64,000 nt of DNA. Origin: a virus. Its lineage: Duplodnaviria > Heunggongvirae > Uroviricota > Caudoviricetes. The stretch is taken from IMG/VR virus record IMGVR_UViG_3300029305_011610, positions 13,395 to 77,394 of that record. One strand, 5' to 3'. Both the position numbers and the translations under genes were made by a program. The stretch's first letter is position 1; every line of letters starts with the position of its first letter. The notes beneath the pieces are model-generated. The model worked only from the letters and a program-made list of their open reading frames with translations, was not told where the DNA came from and did not search any database. Shown one piece after another: positions 30,104-39,299 of the stretch.

Positions 30104-30442
30104 TTATATGCCAAAAAGAAGTTTTGTATCAAAATCATCATCAATTTCGATATCATCTACAAGCAAATCAGAGAATTCAATGACTTTAAAACCTCTGTCT
30201 TTATACCATCTGTCATAACACCACTCTATACCATCATCATATTCACTTATTGACAAGGCTAAACGATGGCATCCGTTATAGTATTTAATCATATACTCCG
30301 CTCGCTCAAGACCCCAGCCGTGTGTGTTTACATGTGGCATTTGGGTCTCAACTGCATTAAAAAACGACGCGGCCTCGTTAGCGTTTCTGCACACAACTGC
30401 CGTATTGTGCAAGGATGGCATCAAAGATAAATCGATTGTCAT
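30104..30442 (-). CDS. Small paralog family A member
   Basis: HNTAVV...EAASFFNAV...WYKDRGFKVIEFSDL...DDDFD...LLFG pattern shared with 47818/48195/30439. Confidence 0.5.
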   Translation of the reverse strand: MTIDLSLMPSLHNTAVVCRNANEAASFFNAVETQMPHVNTHGWGLERAEYMIKYYNGCHRLALSISEYDDGIEWCYDRWYKDRGFKVIEFSDLLVDDIEIDDDFDTKLLFGI

Positions 30443-30816
30443 TGAGCACCTCCAAACAACAAGCTCTCTATGTCTTCATCAGAAAAACAAATATGTAAAT
30501 TATCATCTGCTATTAGGTCAGAACACTCAATTATTGTAAAACCATTGTCTCGATACCAGGCTTCGTTACACCAGTTTATTGTATCAGAACCATAAGACCC
30601 AGTGTCACACGCTAAGGCCACTGCAGGTCGAGCGTTATTTACATTGGTACTTTTGAGTATCTTATCGCTTTTCCAAAACTCTTTGCTTTTATTAACGAAG
30701 CGCTCTGGGAATTGAGTGATTGCCTCATCAATAAACTCTAAGTAACCATCCATGTCTTCTCTATCAAAAACAATTGCTGTTTTGTAGTGATCTTTAATCA
30801 GAGACAAATCCATCAA
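30439..30816 (-). CDS. Small paralog family A member
   Basis: TAIVFDRED...WYRDNGFTIIECSDL...SDEDIESLLFG. Confidence 0.5.
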   Translation of the reverse strand: MMDLSLIKDHYKTAIVFDREDMDGYLEFIDEAITQFPERFVNKSKEFWKSDKILKSTNVNNARPAVALACDTGSYGSDTINWCNEAWYRDNGFTIIECSDLIADDNLHICFSDEDIESLLFGGAQ

Positions 30817-30840
30817 ATCAGAACACCTCCAAAAACTCTT

Positions 30841-31173
30841 TTATTTTTCAAACAAGAATTTTATATCCATATCACTTTCAGAAAAAATCGGAACATAGAT
30901 TAATTCTCTCAATTCTATTACTTTATATGTTCGAAAAGCTTCTCGAACTCCATGTACCATTTCATCGAAGACATCTCTGTCCAAACAAAACCACCTAAGT
31001 CCGCTATCATAGAATCGAGAATCTGCATCCCAATTCCTTGTCATTTTGGGAAAAGTAAGTTTTACAGCCTTAATAAAAGGCTCATAGTATTCTCTTTCTT
31101 CAACCTCAATTATCATTGTTCGAGGGTCGAATTCTGAAAACTTAATATCTGTAGCACAAAAATCTAATTTCAT
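30841..31173 (-). CDS. Small paralog family A member (start probably at the internal Met MKLDF)
   Basis: Ends ...SESDMDIKFLFEK. The upstream part of the track ORF overlaps the next gene. Confidence 0.45.
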   Translation of the reverse strand: MKLDFCATDIKFSEFDPRTMIIEVEEREYYEPFIKAVKLTFPKMTRNWDADSRFYDSGLRWFCLDRDVFDEMVHGVREAFRTYKVIELRELIYVPIFSESDMDIKFLFEK

Positions 31174-31177
31174 GAAT

Positions 31178-31546
31178 TCACCCCCAAATATATTCAAAAC
31201 CGAAATCACTTTCGGGAATTTCCAACTCTGACGACAAGTCTTCAAAACTTATCATATTTACATATGGATTCTCTAAATATTGCTCATATATACCACGGAC
31301 AAATCTACCGCCGATTCCTCTAAAAGACAGTCCAACTTTTTTGCCCTTGTGTAAACGAGCCTGTTGCCTACCCCATCCTGGGCCGACACGACTAGGGTAC
31401 TGTTCTTTTGCCGCAGCTAAAACTGCATCAATTTGCTCTTGACTATCAACGATAACAACATTTCTGTTGTCTAGTAATAGAGAAAGGTCGAGAGTATACT
31501 CACAACCAAACTTGTCTATCATATAATCCCGACCTTTCATATTCAT
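31178..31546 (-). CDS. Small paralog family A member
   Basis: ...ISFEDLSSELEIPESDFGFEYIWG C-terminal motif. Confidence 0.5.
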   Translation of the reverse strand: MNMKGRDYMIDKFGCEYTLDLSLLLDNRNVVIVDSQEQIDAVLAAAKEQYPSRVGPGWGRQQARLHKGKKVGLSFRGIGGRFVRGIYEQYLENPYVNMISFEDLSSELEIPESDFGFEYIWG

Positions 31547-32452
31547 TTAGCCGTCAATGCTGACGATTGCACTGCCGCCGGATACGGTAGGCAGCTGACC
31601 ATTCCACTTCTGGATCTTTTCATAATCAATCAGATTATTATTGATGCTCTGAGAGAGCTTTTCATTCGCAGCAGCTTGTGCTTCTGCTACAGCCAGAATT
31701 GCATCAGCTTCTGCTTCAGCTTCAATTCTCTTCTTTTCTGCTTCCGCTGCAGCCTTATCAACTGCAGTCTGATTTGCAATCTGCTGCTTCTCATAATTCA
31801 TCTGAGCAATCTGCTTGTCCGCAATTGCCTGATTATAAGATGCTTCGAAGTCCATATCATTGATATTTACACTTACAATCGTAATGACAGGGTTACCGCC
31901 GTACTTTGTATTAAGTGCATTCTGCAGATTTCGAACCGCAAGAGGCTCGATCACAGCTCTGTTGGTAACCTTGCCGGATTCAAGTGCTACCATTGATGCT
32001 TTCATCGCAGAGGCAACCAGTGTTCTGGGCAATGCATTCTGCTTGTAGTTTGCTACGTTTGCGTACAGCCAAGCAGAGTACTCTGGATTGATGCTATATG
32101 TAATAGTAACATCTGCCATATACACAACGGTTCTTTCAGAGGTTTCGCCCCAGATCTGATCTTCAAAATTCATCTCTTGCTGCTTGTTGTTCACCTTCTG
32201 AACATCCTGAACAAAAGGAATCGTTACACACAGACCATTCTCTACAACATCCTCATCGATCTGACCAAATGTTGTTCGTACACCAGTATATCCGGTTGGA
32301 ATGAACGTGACATTTGTTAGTACAGTTGCGAAAAGAAATACAACCAGTAGGAACACAGCCAGTTTCTTTGGATTAAATCTTTTCTCTGTAACCGTGATAG
32401 GACGATCCCATCTGTCTTTAGACTCCACCTCTACTTCGTCATAGAAAAACAT
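31547..32452 (-). CDS. SPFH/band-7 (stomatin/prohibitin/HflK-like) membrane protein
   Basis: N-terminal TM, then SPFH-like core (VPTGYTGVRTTFGQI...) and an Ala/Glu-rich coiled-coil tail. Confidence 0.7.
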   Translation of the reverse strand: MFFYDEVEVESKDRWDRPITVTEKRFNPKKLAVFLLVVFLFATVLTNVTFIPTGYTGVRTTFGQIDEDVVENGLCVTIPFVQDVQKVNNKQQEMNFEDQIWGETSERTVVYMADVTITYSINPEYSAWLYANVANYKQNALPRTLVASAMKASMVALESGKVTNRAVIEPLAVRNLQNALNTKYGGNPVITIVSVNINDMDFEASYNQAIADKQIAQMNYEKQQIANQTAVDKAAAEAEKKRIEAEAEADAILAVAEAQAAANEKLSQSINNNLIDYEKIQKWNGQLPTVSGGSAIVSIDG

Positions 32453-32468
32453 TTACTTCTCTCCTTTA

Positions 32469-33731
32469 TTAATAAAAACTTGCTTCAGTTTTATCGAAGC
32501 GCAAAGTCACAAACACCGGGAATTGCAGACTCTCTGCACCGGTGTTTTTGTCTTTAGAGATTTCTTTGTACTTAACTTCACAAATCTGCCCTACAAGTTC
32601 ATCTCTATGTGCCCAAAAGTAAGCCCTTTGCTCATCCGTAAACCCAGAACCTACTTTTACCTCGTTGCCTTTATAATCAACTACAAAAGCCCCAAGCGTG
32701 CCTGTGAGTCTCCCGCTACCCTCTTCACAACGAACCACAGGCAAATCCATTGTGTAGAATCGCTTGATTTTTAAGATGCCGTTATGTCTCTTACACTTGT
32801 AAGGAACATCAAGATTAAGCATCAGACCTTCTTTATCTTCTTCAACCATCTTATTGAGAAGAATATCTATCATATTTTGATTTCTCCCGCTATAGAGAAC
32901 AGGTAACACCTGAACACACTTGGGTTCGAAGAAATTACTTGCAATTAACTTGTCAAGAAACTCTCTTCTCCTCTTATATGTCTGCGTACAGCGGTCATTT
33001 TCGAACTCTGTAGTCGGCACAACATCAAAAACCGTGAATAAAACTGGTGTTTTATTAACTGCGTCAGAATTGACAATTCCAGTGACTTTTCTGAAGGCTT
33101 CATTGTCGCCCAGACCACCTTTATCAGCAAGAATCAGCTCACCATCGAACACATAATCGTGTCCAAATGCCCTGAACTCTTTTATGATATGGTCAAGCCC
33201 GGAAAATACCTCTCCGCTCCGTGCATATAGGTTTCCTTTGTAGTATGTAGCACGAACACCATTCAGCTTTTCCGTTAGTGCGAACCATGTGCCGTCTTTG
33301 ATTTCATATTTATCAATCGGGTATGCCTGCTGGACGTTCCATTCGGGAATTAATCCAGGGATTACCTTGTTAACAGTCTTATTTGTAACTCCAAGTCGCA
33401 GAGTCTTGGACAGTAACTGAGTGAATAGTTCACGATGATCATCAGTACAGGAAAACAAAAAGCCACGAACTCGTTCCAGATCGGAATTGCTCGTGGCTTT
33501 CTTGTTTAGCAGATATTCACACACTTCAAAGATACTAACGAACCCGCTCTCTTGGAAGCACGGTTCTGATAGTGATTTCTCTGATACCTTATAAGAACAG
33601 AGTGGATTTAGTGCGTACCATAACAGGGCTTTAAAAATGTCGTTGTCTTTGTTGTCTTGGATTATTTTCTTTTTAGCTAGAGCTCCAGATGTATTTTGTA
33701 GCTCTTTAATTAAGCGTATTGCAGCGTCCAA
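32469..33731 (-). CDS. ATP-dependent DNA ligase
   Basis: Motif I KLNGVR (KxDGxR-type, Asp replaced by Asn), motif III FDGELI, motif IV EGLMLN, motif V LKIK. OB-fold C-terminus. Confidence 0.7.
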   Translation of the reverse strand: MDAAIRLIKELQNTSGALAKKKIIQDNKDNDIFKALLWYALNPLCSYKVSEKSLSEPCFQESGFVSIFEVCEYLLNKKATSNSDLERVRGFLFSCTDDHRELFTQLLSKTLRLGVTNKTVNKVIPGLIPEWNVQQAYPIDKYEIKDGTWFALTEKLNGVRATYYKGNLYARSGEVFSGLDHIIKEFRAFGHDYVFDGELILADKGGLGDNEAFRKVTGIVNSDAVNKTPVLFTVFDVVPTTEFENDRCTQTYKRRREFLDKLIASNFFEPKCVQVLPVLYSGRNQNMIDILLNKMVEEDKEGLMLNLDVPYKCKRHNGILKIKRFYTMDLPVVRCEEGSGRLTGTLGAFVVDYKGNEVKVGSGFTDEQRAYFWAHRDELVGQICEVKYKEISKDKNTGAESLQFPVFVTLRFDKTEASFY

Positions 33732-33886
33732 TTACACCTCTCCTTTATATATAACCAACATCTATGTGAGCGATGCGATTGTGTTAGGCGAAACAGAATC
33801 GCATGGCCATACCCAGAAGAAACTGAGTTAGCAATCTCGGGATCATGTGATCCCTCATTGCTAACGAAGAAACTTATTATGAATTT

Positions 33887-33908
33887 ACTCCTACTTACAG
33901 CGAGAAGC
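33887..33908. repeat. Third copy of the ACTCCTACTTACAGCGAGAAGC motif
   Basis: Lies about 160 bp upstream of the ligase start, next to an 18-bp-stem hairpin (GTTAGCAATCTCGGGATCA..TGATCCCTCATTGCTAAC). Confidence 0.55.
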
Positions 33909-34040
33909 GACCACCTTGATGATAAGCACGATAAACGTTGGCTTATGTAATTTATCTAGCCTCTAATTGCCGCCTACCGTATGCCGTTAATTAACTTAAC
34001 ATCTCAGAAATCAATATGCATGTTGGTCTTATCACTATTA

Positions 34041-34547
34041 TTAAATGATCTCAGGAACTGCATTACCTACAGTTCTTTTTGCCTTTTTCGCACACTCTAC
34101 ACTCATTATGACTGGACCGTCGAATCCAAACACGCAGCCGATCTCTGTTTCATCAGCAACGTCAAATTCGTCGTTTGCGCTTTCGTCTCCTTCATAAAGC
34201 CACTCGCCGAGATCATCTTCTTCGTCATCATCGTCCCAGGCTCCGTTCATTTCCTCTAATACATAGCTCTTATATTCTTCAAAATCGCGCCAATCATTGA
34301 GTTCTTCGTAGTCTAAGAGTCCATTAATGGCATAATAGTAGTCTTCATCAATATCCATATCTATTAGCATGTCCCTAAGATCGCGCCAATTGTGGTATCG
34401 AATATACTCAGCAACTTCATTATCCATCTCGTCCAGAATGTCAGCGCCGCGTCTTACATCGTCACAAGAGCGTAAATTATGTTCATAACAAAAAGAAAGT
34501 AGCTCGTGCCATTCTGTAATTGAATCAATAAATTCTTGTCTTGTCAT
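34041..34547 (-). CDS. Acidic hypothetical protein
   Basis: 168 aa, strongly D/E-rich. Confidence 0.5.
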   Translation of the reverse strand: MTRQEFIDSITEWHELLSFCYEHNLRSCDDVRRGADILDEMDNEVAEYIRYHNWRDLRDMLIDMDIDEDYYYAINGLLDYEELNDWRDFEEYKSYVLEEMNGAWDDDDEEDDLGEWLYEGDESANDEFDVADETEIGCVFGFDGPVIMSVECAKKAKRTVGNAVPEII

Positions 34548-34571
34548 TATGTATTTCTCCCTTCAAAAGAG

Positions 34572-34648
34572 TGGTGCGCCTCCTGGGGCTCGAACCCAGA
34601 ACCGTCCGGTTATGAGCCGGGTGCTCTAACCAATTGAGCTAAAGGCGC
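34572..34648 (-). tRNA. tRNA-Met/Ile2 (anticodon CAT), CCA encoded
   Basis: Manual fold: acceptor GCGCCTT/GAGGCGC, D-arm GCTC..GAGC, anticodon loop CTCATAA, T-arm CTGGG-TTCGAGC-CCCAG. Lacks initiator-type features, so an elongator or Ile2. Confidence 0.75.
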
Positions 34649-34661
34649 ATGTTAATCTGAG

Positions 34662-34883
34662 TTAATGCAACAACTTAACACGATTCGTCTCTTCATACTC
34701 TGTTAACACATCATTTGCTAACGCAACGGCATAACACGAATAGTATTTCTCGCAAGAACTTTCGCAATCATCAAGAGTCCATCCTTCGGGGATATCGCAT
34801 CCTGTTAGGTTTTTCATTTTAATATTTAGACCATTATCAATTACATCGTCAAACATCGACCTATCTATATTATATTGTTTCAT
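34662..34883 (-). CDS. Hypothetical protein
   Basis: 73-aa ORF. Several <60-aa ORFs with good RBSs follow at 34915–35823 on the minus strand. Confidence 0.4.
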   Translation of the reverse strand: MKQYNIDRSMFDDVIDNGLNIKMKNLTGCDIPEGWTLDDCESSCEKYYSCYAVALANDVLTEYEETNRVKLLH

Positions 34884-35920
34884 AGATATTCCCTCATTTA
34901 CGAAATCACTTTTATGTGGTTAATCTTCTTCATACAAATCAATGAAACAACGAACAGCACCGCAATAAGGACAAACATTTGTATCATTGACTTCATCGTA
35001 ATCAAATTCATCTTCGTGAAATTCTTCTTTGCAAATATCACATCTTACTCTATTAGTAGGTACTAACATAATTCATCACCTTAAAATCGTCATTTTATCC
35101 ACATTTCATTTGAATAAAATATCTAAAGCCTTTACTCCAATTAGGTTTCTCGCCCCACAAATGAACCTCATCTTTTGGCAGATTCTTCTTTGCCCAATTA
35201 TTAGCCTGTGATGCTGTCTTGAATCCAGACTTTACGGGAGTAAAGTTCTTCTCTTTATCAATTACACAAAACATAACCTTACCTCCAAAATAGTCATTTT
35301 AATCTCTATTTACAAAGCCATTTACTCTGTCTATCAGTCTATCAGCACCCTCTACTTGTGCAATTCCAACAAGCTCCTCTAAATCTTGTTTCAAATAGCA
35401 CATACAGTTCCAATCCATATAAGAACCTTGTACACAGTTCAAAATCTCTGTAATTTTTTCTTTAGATGTCATATTATCCACCTCTTAGAATTGTCATTTT
35501 ATAAACAGGCTATTCCATAAATCTTTAACCATGTTTCTTTTGGTTTCCTTTTTATATACAAAACACATCATAAGAAAAACAATAAACATGATTGTAATAG
35601 AAACAAGTACACCTTTCATACTTTTACCTCATAAAATTATCCTTTCATGCTCTATCGACTGTGTAATAGGATGTAAATTTGTATTTTTTACTTGATTCAT
35701 TCATATCTTTTGCGAAAGCTTCTGCCTCTTCTAATGTACCGAAAAAGTATGTTGCTCTATAATGCATATAGCTGCCCTTTTGAAAAAAATCATCGTACTG
35801 ATGAACCCTATATTTTTTGTCCATATCGCACCTTCATTTCAGTTTTTACAACACACCAAATCCATTAGCTACAAACCTAGCTACCATCGGCCTAGCCTTG
35901 CGGCTGCCGAAACCTCTCCT

Positions 35921-35990
35921 ACGTATTACGTACTAACTGCTTACGCAATTACTACGTATTATTTACTAACTGTTATACGCAATTTCTTCC
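35921..35990. repeat. Two direct repeats of about 34 bp
   Basis: ACGTATTACGTACTAACTGCTTACGCAATTACT / ACGTATTATTTACTAACTGTTATACGCAATTTCT, in the non-coding region before the tRNA array. Confidence 0.6.
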
Positions 35991-36188
35991 ACGCCTCACA
36001 AGACATGTAACCTCTGGATTTGATATGTCACGGCACTTCTCACCCAATCCTCTGGTGCGTTCAGTAGGCAGCCGTTTCCACAATCTGTCTTGGGTGACCA
36101 ATCTAATCAATCGCATCTTTGTCGCTACCGCACAGCGCGCAAGACAGGCCCGTTTAGTCTCATGGAGCTCTGTGGAACCATACATCTG

Positions 36189-36262
36189 GAGCGGATGACG
36201 GGAATCGAACCCGCGTACCCAGCTTGGAAGGCTGGTGTTCTACCATTGAACTACATCCGCAT
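36189..36262 (-). tRNA. tRNA-Gly (anticodon TCC), CCA encoded
   Basis: GCGGATGTAGTTCAATGGTAGAAC...anticodon loop CTTCCAA...GGGTTCGATTCCCGT...CTCCA. Confidence 0.8.
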
Positions 36263-36428
36263 TTGATGGTGGTTTTTAACCCGTGGGAAGTCAAAATGGG
36301 TGGTCAACCACCGTAACCATGGCATTGCGCTTTGTGCACACTAATGACGAAAGGTGTCAAACTATAGTAAGCGCAAAAGAACCTCAACGCTCTTCCACCT
36401 CGCAGATTGCCATTCTGCCTCGTGGGAC

Positions 36429-36504
36429 TGGTGCGCCAAGGGGGATTCGAACCCCCGACTAATGCCTTAAAAGGGCACTACTCTGCCAGCTGAGTTATTG
36501 GCGC
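36429..36504 (-). tRNA. tRNA-Lys (anticodon TTT), CCA encoded
   Basis: Anticodon arm GTGCC-CTTTTAA-GGCAT. T-arm GGGGG-TTCGAAT-CCCCC. Acceptor GCGCCAA/TTGGCGC. Confidence 0.8.
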
Positions 36505-36720
36505 ATGAAAGGAGGGCGATTTTTAACTCCGTGAGAGGCCAACCGCCGTAGCCTTTTACTTTGGATTGTTCTATACATTCCTACACACAGCACAGGCTTG
36601 AAGGTGAAAGACAACACAAAAAGAAAAGCCAAAGCTATGCAAGCCGAAATTGTTAAACGTGTAATGTCTGAACACCAAAAACCAATTCTATTTGTCTGAA
36701 AAAGAATTGGGAAGAAAATC

Positions 36721-36812
36721 TGGTACGGGCACAGAGACTCGAACTCTGATCAACCAATTATCTGTTGCTACGGAGTATAAACCCGTTGCTCTACCGATTG
36801 AGCTATACCCGC
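36721..36812 (-). tRNA. Atypical tRNA: anticodon loop TTTATAC (anticodon TAT, Ile?) with a 21-nt variable arm, CCA encoded
   Basis: Good acceptor (two G·U pairs), D-arm GCTC-AATCGGTA-GAGC, T-arm CAGAG-TTCGAGT-CTCTG. The type-II-length variable region (hairpin CAAC...GTTG) is unusual for a UAU anticodon. Confidence 0.5.
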
Positions 36813-36936
36813 ATGTTTGTGCTTCTTGGTTTTCTCAACTATGGAGAGGCTTGCCCATTGCCGGTTTATAGTCCCTTCCGCATTGGGACTTGAAAGGAAG
36901 ATTAAAAATGAATCAAATAAGTACCTATTTGATATA

Positions 36937-37011
36937 TGGCAGGGATGGCTGGATTCGAACCAGCGAATGACGGAGTCAAAGTCCGTTACCTTACCGCTTG
37001 GCTACACCCCT
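36937..37011 (-). tRNA. tRNA-Gln (anticodon TTG), CCA encoded
   Basis: AGGGGTGTAGCCAAGCGGTAAGG...ACGGA-CTTTGAC-TCCGT...GCTGG-TTCGAAT-CCAGC, typical bacterial Gln architecture. Confidence 0.8.
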
Positions 37012-37169
37012 ATAAAGGCGGCTACTCGCGCCGCCATGTGTGTTTTCTTTCGGATACTCCTACATCAGCCCGTGGTTATCACACAACCCCAAATCTAGCT
37101 CCGCAGGTCGTCGGAAGCTGATCCCGTCACCTGTTTCAACGCTACGATAACAGTCTTGCCGCTACCGCA

Positions 37170-37243
37170 TGGCATGGAAGCTCGGAATCGAACCGAAATT
37201 AATAGTTTTGGAGACTATCGTTTTACCATTAAACTACTCCCAC
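37170..37243 (-). tRNA. tRNA-Trp (anticodon CCA), CCA encoded
   Basis: Anticodon arm ATAGT-CTCCAAA-ACTAT, D-arm GTTT..AAAC, T-arm TTCGG-TTCGATT-CCGAG. The acceptor stem has two G·U pairs. Confidence 0.7.
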
Positions 37244-37342
37244 AAATGAAACAAATGGGCGGCAGAACCGACTATAGTCTACTCTTTAAAGCTAAGAGGA
37301 AAGCTTAACCTCACGCCAGAATCCCTAGCGCTACCCATTAGA

Positions 37343-37425
37343 AACTTTTTTATGGTGCCGGTAGCGAGACTCGAACTCGCACGAGTAAACACGAGCTCCT
37401 AAGACTCGCGTGTCTACCAATTCCA
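37343..37425 (-). tRNA. tRNA-Leu (anticodon TAG), type II, CCA encoded
   Basis: GCCGGTATGGTGGAATTGGTAGACAC...CGAGT-CTTAGGA-GCTCG, 11-nt variable arm, GCGAG-TTCGAGT-CTCGC. Confidence 0.8.
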
Positions 37426-37439
37426 CCATACCGGCGTGA

Positions 37440-37515
37440 TGGTCTGAGTAGAGGGATTCGAACCCCCGACATCCTGTTCCCAAAACAGGCGCGCTACCAA
37501 CTGCGCTATACCCAG
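37440..37515 (-). tRNA. tRNA-Pro (anticodon TGG), CCA encoded
   Basis: CCTGT-TTTGGGA-ACAGG anticodon arm. GGGGG-TTCGAAT-CCCTC T-arm. Confidence 0.8.
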
Positions 37516-37520
37516 ATATA

Positions 37521-37598
37521 TGGAGCTGGTTGTGGGGATCGAACCCACGACCTCCGGATTACAAATCCGGCGCTCTAACCAACTGCAGCTAAACCAGC
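37521..37598 (-). tRNA. tRNA-Thr (anticodon TGT), CCA encoded
   Basis: GCTGGTTTAGCTGCAGTTGGTTAGAGC...CCGGA-TTTGTAA-TCCGG...GTGGG-TTCGATC-CCCAC. Confidence 0.8.
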
Positions 37599-37828
37599 GT
37601 GCTTCTGCGAGCTTATGCACCCTTTTTGGCATCAGAACTCGTACCATTAGCTACGAATAACATAGGTATGGATTTACACCATACATAGTGTCTTATTGGA
37701 ATTGTGTGCGCACACGCCTCCAGATTCTCACACCTGAATCACTTGCGTCTACCTATTCCGCCACTACATTTCTTCGCAGCCGCAGGGAAGGCTTTACCTT
37801 CTCAAGCATAATTTAATCATCACTTACT

Positions 37829-37916
37829 TGGCGGAGCAGAGAGGGTTCGAACCTCCGCACGGATTACCGCCTATCTGATTAGCAATCAGACCTCTTCACC
37901 ACTTGAGTACTGCTCC
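37829..37916 (-). tRNA. tRNA-Ser (anticodon GCT), type II, CCA encoded
   Basis: GGAGCAGTACTCAAGTGGTGAAGAGG...TCTGA-TTGCTAA-TCAGA, long variable arm, GGAGG-TTCGAAC-CCTCT. Confidence 0.8.
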
Positions 37917-38067
37917 ATGCTGTGTCACGAATAATGTATACTATTCGGGACAAATTGGTATGAGTGGGCCATGGCCCGTCCATGTACCCACTCTGCTTTG
38001 TCGTCTCTTCCGACTTGTCAAGATCGGTTTTCATAATCTCACACTCCGCAAAGTGTAGCCCCTATTG

Positions 38068-38159
38068 TGGCGCGGATAGAGGGATTTGAACCCCCGCACG
38101 GTAGTTAGCCGCCTAGCGCTTTTCAAGAGCGCACTCTTCAACCGCTTGAGTATATCCGC
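38068..38159 (-). tRNA. tRNA-Ser (anticodon TGA), type II, CCA encoded
   Basis: GCGGATATACTCAAGCGGTTGAAGAG...GCGCT-CTTGAAA-AGCGC, long variable arm, T-loop TTCAAAT. Confidence 0.75.
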
Positions 38160-38188
38160 ATAGTTTACGCCACCTTTGGTGGCGTGTT

Positions 38189-38590
38189 TTATGTATTAAA
38201 ATCACTGAATTGTTTGCTTTTCACTTCGAACTCTGCATATTTAATACCAACAGAAATTCCGTGCTTAGACATTATTTCATCCGACGGTATTAAATACATC
38301 CTATCGTCACCTGTTAATATAAATACATAGTCGCATGATTGATTATCGAATAATCTGACCTTGCCTTTACCAGACGAACCACCACAGTTTTTTAGCAACA
38401 CATAATATGATGTTTCGGAAGATTTATATCGACTCGTTTTAACCGAGACTCTCGATAATTTACCGTCATGATCTATTACTAAATCATACTTTTGAGTATC
38501 ATTCAAAGGAATGCTAACTGGGATAGAATGACTGGTAAAGAATTCAATAGCCCTACCTAAACCAATATTTCCTTGTAATGATTGATACAA
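38189..38590 (-). CDS. Hypothetical protein, possibly a PD-(D/E)XK-like nuclease
   Basis: YDLVIDHDGKLSRVSVKTSRY...DYVFILTGDDRMYLIP resembles a D...(D/E)xK nuclease core. Weak call. Confidence 0.4.
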   Translation of the reverse strand: MYQSLQGNIGLGRAIEFFTSHSIPVSIPLNDTQKYDLVIDHDGKLSRVSVKTSRYKSSETSYYVLLKNCGGSSGKGKVRLFDNQSCDYVFILTGDDRMYLIPSDEIMSKHGISVGIKYAEFEVKSKQFSDFNT

Positions 38591-38657
38591 TATTTTTTAC
38601 ATAGCCTTCTTTTCCCTTTCATTCTGCTCGAAGTATTAAGTGATTTTAACGTACCAA

Positions 38658-38996
38658 TTAAGTAAGCCCTTCATCCGCTTGGGTATACCCGCAATTGATA
38701 TCTTCGATTTGCGCATTCATAGAATCGCGCTTTTGTAAATCGCTATGTTTGTAATTAATAGAAGGAGAATAATTGCCTTTCCTGCGCTTGCCTTTATTTC
38801 TCGTTTTAGCAGAGCACATATGGCATGAGCAATGGATCTTGTTCTTAGAATACTGATGGAAATTATCGTATGTAGGAGTGCCGTAGCCGATTTCCTTATC
38901 GATTCTGCGTCTTCGTGCCGCTTTTCTCTTAGCTACATCTCTGTAATAACCTCTATTTCTTTCCATAATGTTTCTCCTTTGTTGTTTAAGTATCAT
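38658..38996 (-). CDS. Basic Arg/Lys-rich protein with CSCHMC motif
   Basis: YYRDVAKRKAARRRRIDKEIGYG...CSCHMCSAKTRNKGKRRK. Possible nucleic-acid binding. Confidence 0.45.
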   Translation of the reverse strand: MILKQQRRNIMERNRGYYRDVAKRKAARRRRIDKEIGYGTPTYDNFHQYSKNKIHCSCHMCSAKTRNKGKRRKGNYSPSINYKHSDLQKRDSMNAQIEDINCGYTQADEGLT

Positions 38997-39039
38997 TAAG
39001 AATCCAAAATACCAATCCTGTAGCCTGAAGATCTAGTCA

Positions 39040-39195
39040 CCTGAAGAAGGCTGGTCGGTGGCAGCAAGAATGGCTACTTGCTGGGAAGGCAAGACGTATA
39101 AATTAAAGAAGGTAAACTCGGGGAAGACCTAGGAAAACGCAACTAGACCCGCGATGGCGGTCCCGGCGTCGACCTGTCACCTCATCTCTCTTTTA
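39040..39195. ncRNA. GC-rich structured non-coding element 1, ending at a conserved 30-nt motif
   Basis: About 60% GC island in AT-rich DNA with local hairpins (CAGCAAG...CTTGCTG). It is followed by the shared motif. No plausible ORF. Confidence 0.35.
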
Positions 39196-39199
39196 TTGA

Positions 39200-39232
39200 T
39201 CGAACCTTTACTCCCACTTACAGCGAGGAGCA
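39200..39232. repeat. Conserved motif TCGAACCTT(T/C)ACT(C/T)C(C/T)ACTTACAGCGAG(G/A)AGCA, copy R1
   Basis: Near-identical to 39433–39464. Its 3' 22 nt also occur at 33887–33908. Confidence 0.6.
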
Positions 39233-39299
39233 CACTAAAAAGTGTAATACATTACAAAATGATACTTTTATACACGTTATTCTATATACTTTATATGTG

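Noticed and set aside
35973-36185. 70-aa minus-strand ORF in the spacer before tRNA-Gly
   Set aside because: It has no RBS, and the region looks like structured non-coding DNA adjoining the tandem repeats and tRNA array.
34560-38160. CRISPR array among the repeated elements
   Set aside because: The periodicity comes from tRNA genes (T-arm/acceptor similarity), not from a direct repeat–spacer architecture. No cas genes are present; the Cas4-like nuclease at 3137 belongs to a recombination module.
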